NCBI RefSeq assembly: GCF_004010195.1
Contig: NC_057719.1
Location: 81,400,840-81,464,839, forward strand
DNA: 64,000 nt
Source of the DNA: Chiloscyllium plagiosum
Taxonomy: Eukaryota
Direction of reading: 5' to 3'
The notes under the pieces were generated by a model. It saw only the letters and a list, made by a program, of their open reading frames with translations. It ran no database searches and was not told the origin of the DNA. Below, in pieces: positions 63,077 to 64,000 of the stretch. Every line of letters starts with the position of its first letter. The first letter of the stretch is position 1. A program made the position numbers and the translations under genes.

Positions 63077-64000
63077 ACCCATATATCCAGGCCAGATACT
63101 ACAGATCTCCGGAGATTCTCTTGGGGTTGCCTTTCTGTGAAAAGCTGGATATGTGGTCCCTCGGTTGTGTTCTAGCTGAACTTCGACTTGGTAAACCTTT
63201 GTATCCTGGTAAGAATCAATATGATCAGATCAGAATAATTGTTGAAACCCAAGGTCAACCCCACGACCATCTGCTCAACCAAGCAAGTAAGACTCACCTT
63301 TTCTTCAAAAGAAACTCTTATCCTTCATCAGCTCACCAGTGGCAACTTAAGTCATTGTCTGAGTACCAGTCAAAGATGTTTGCACAACCTTTGGAGCCAA
63401 GGAGACATAACTTAAAGTCCCTCGATGAGCTTGAAATATTCAGCATCATCGAAACATTGTCCCCAAATGGTGATGATATTGCCGAGTTCCATGATCGCAA
63501 CAGTATGTTAGCTCTTGTGAAGAGAATGTTGAACTTTGATCCCAAAAATCGCATTTCTCCAAGACTTGCATTACAGCATCCATTCATCACCATGGAGGAA
63601 CTGGAGAAAAACCATAAAGATACAAAGTATTATGAGCTGTCTGTTCAAAGCCTCGATGCTGCTCTGAATTATGTTAAAACTGAAAATAACAAAAATAATT
63701 TTCACCTGCTTCAGAACTGTAATAATTCAAGTACTGTGCACCGTGAGAGTACAGAGGACCAATGCAATCATAGTTACTCCTTTGGAAAAGCAGTCGTTGA
63801 TAAAAGGGACAATGTCACTTTTGGAAAGTCAAGAAAAAATATGATGCCACCTGGGGGAAAGAGCCATCTAGTTCATGAACCCTTCAGTGCTTGTGCAGGG
63901 GATGCCCGACGCCCCCTTTATCCATATCAAGAAACTTGTCACCAAATCTATTGGTCTGTACACAGGCATGTTGCAGAATCAACACCAGGAAATCCTACCA
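63077..64000 (+). CDS. HIPK4: HIPK4-like coding exon 2 (subdomains VIII-XI and tail), open to the window edge
   Basis: Acceptor TTTTCACTTTAAAG; spliced G+AC=Asp gives HIQ-D-PYIQARYYRSPEILLGLPFCEKLDMWSLGCVLAEL..LYPGKNQYDQI..RISPRLALQHPF, colinear with HIPK4 EPYIQSRFYRAPEILLGLPFCEKVD; no stop before 64000. Confidence 0.92.

Overview
Repeat-rich vertebrate genomic DNA, most likely from a shark or other elasmobranch (HE1-type V-SINEs, HER1/CR1 LINEs, Deu-domain SINEs). It is not prokaryotic. The only host gene I can support is a HIPK4-like CMGC kinase on the + strand. Its first coding exon is 51278/51368-51872, followed by an 11.2-kb phase-1 intron and a long second exon from 63077 that runs off the window. 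The rest is nested retroelements: a near full-length L1, a Rex1/Babar fragment, many CR1 pieces, Penelope elements with minimal hammerhead-ribozyme motifs, a solo LTR with a CCGG TSD, and a decayed intronic Gypsy provirus. The most striking structure is at 34125-44056. Here a Gypsy-type solo LTR is split at its TATA position by two head-to-tail Tx1-family units, one ORF-less and one ORF1/ORF2-bearing, and each unit is bracketed by the same ~69-bp LTR segment. This suggests an LTR-targeting LINE with a non-autonomous partner. Boundaries of decayed repeats are approximate and were read by eye.
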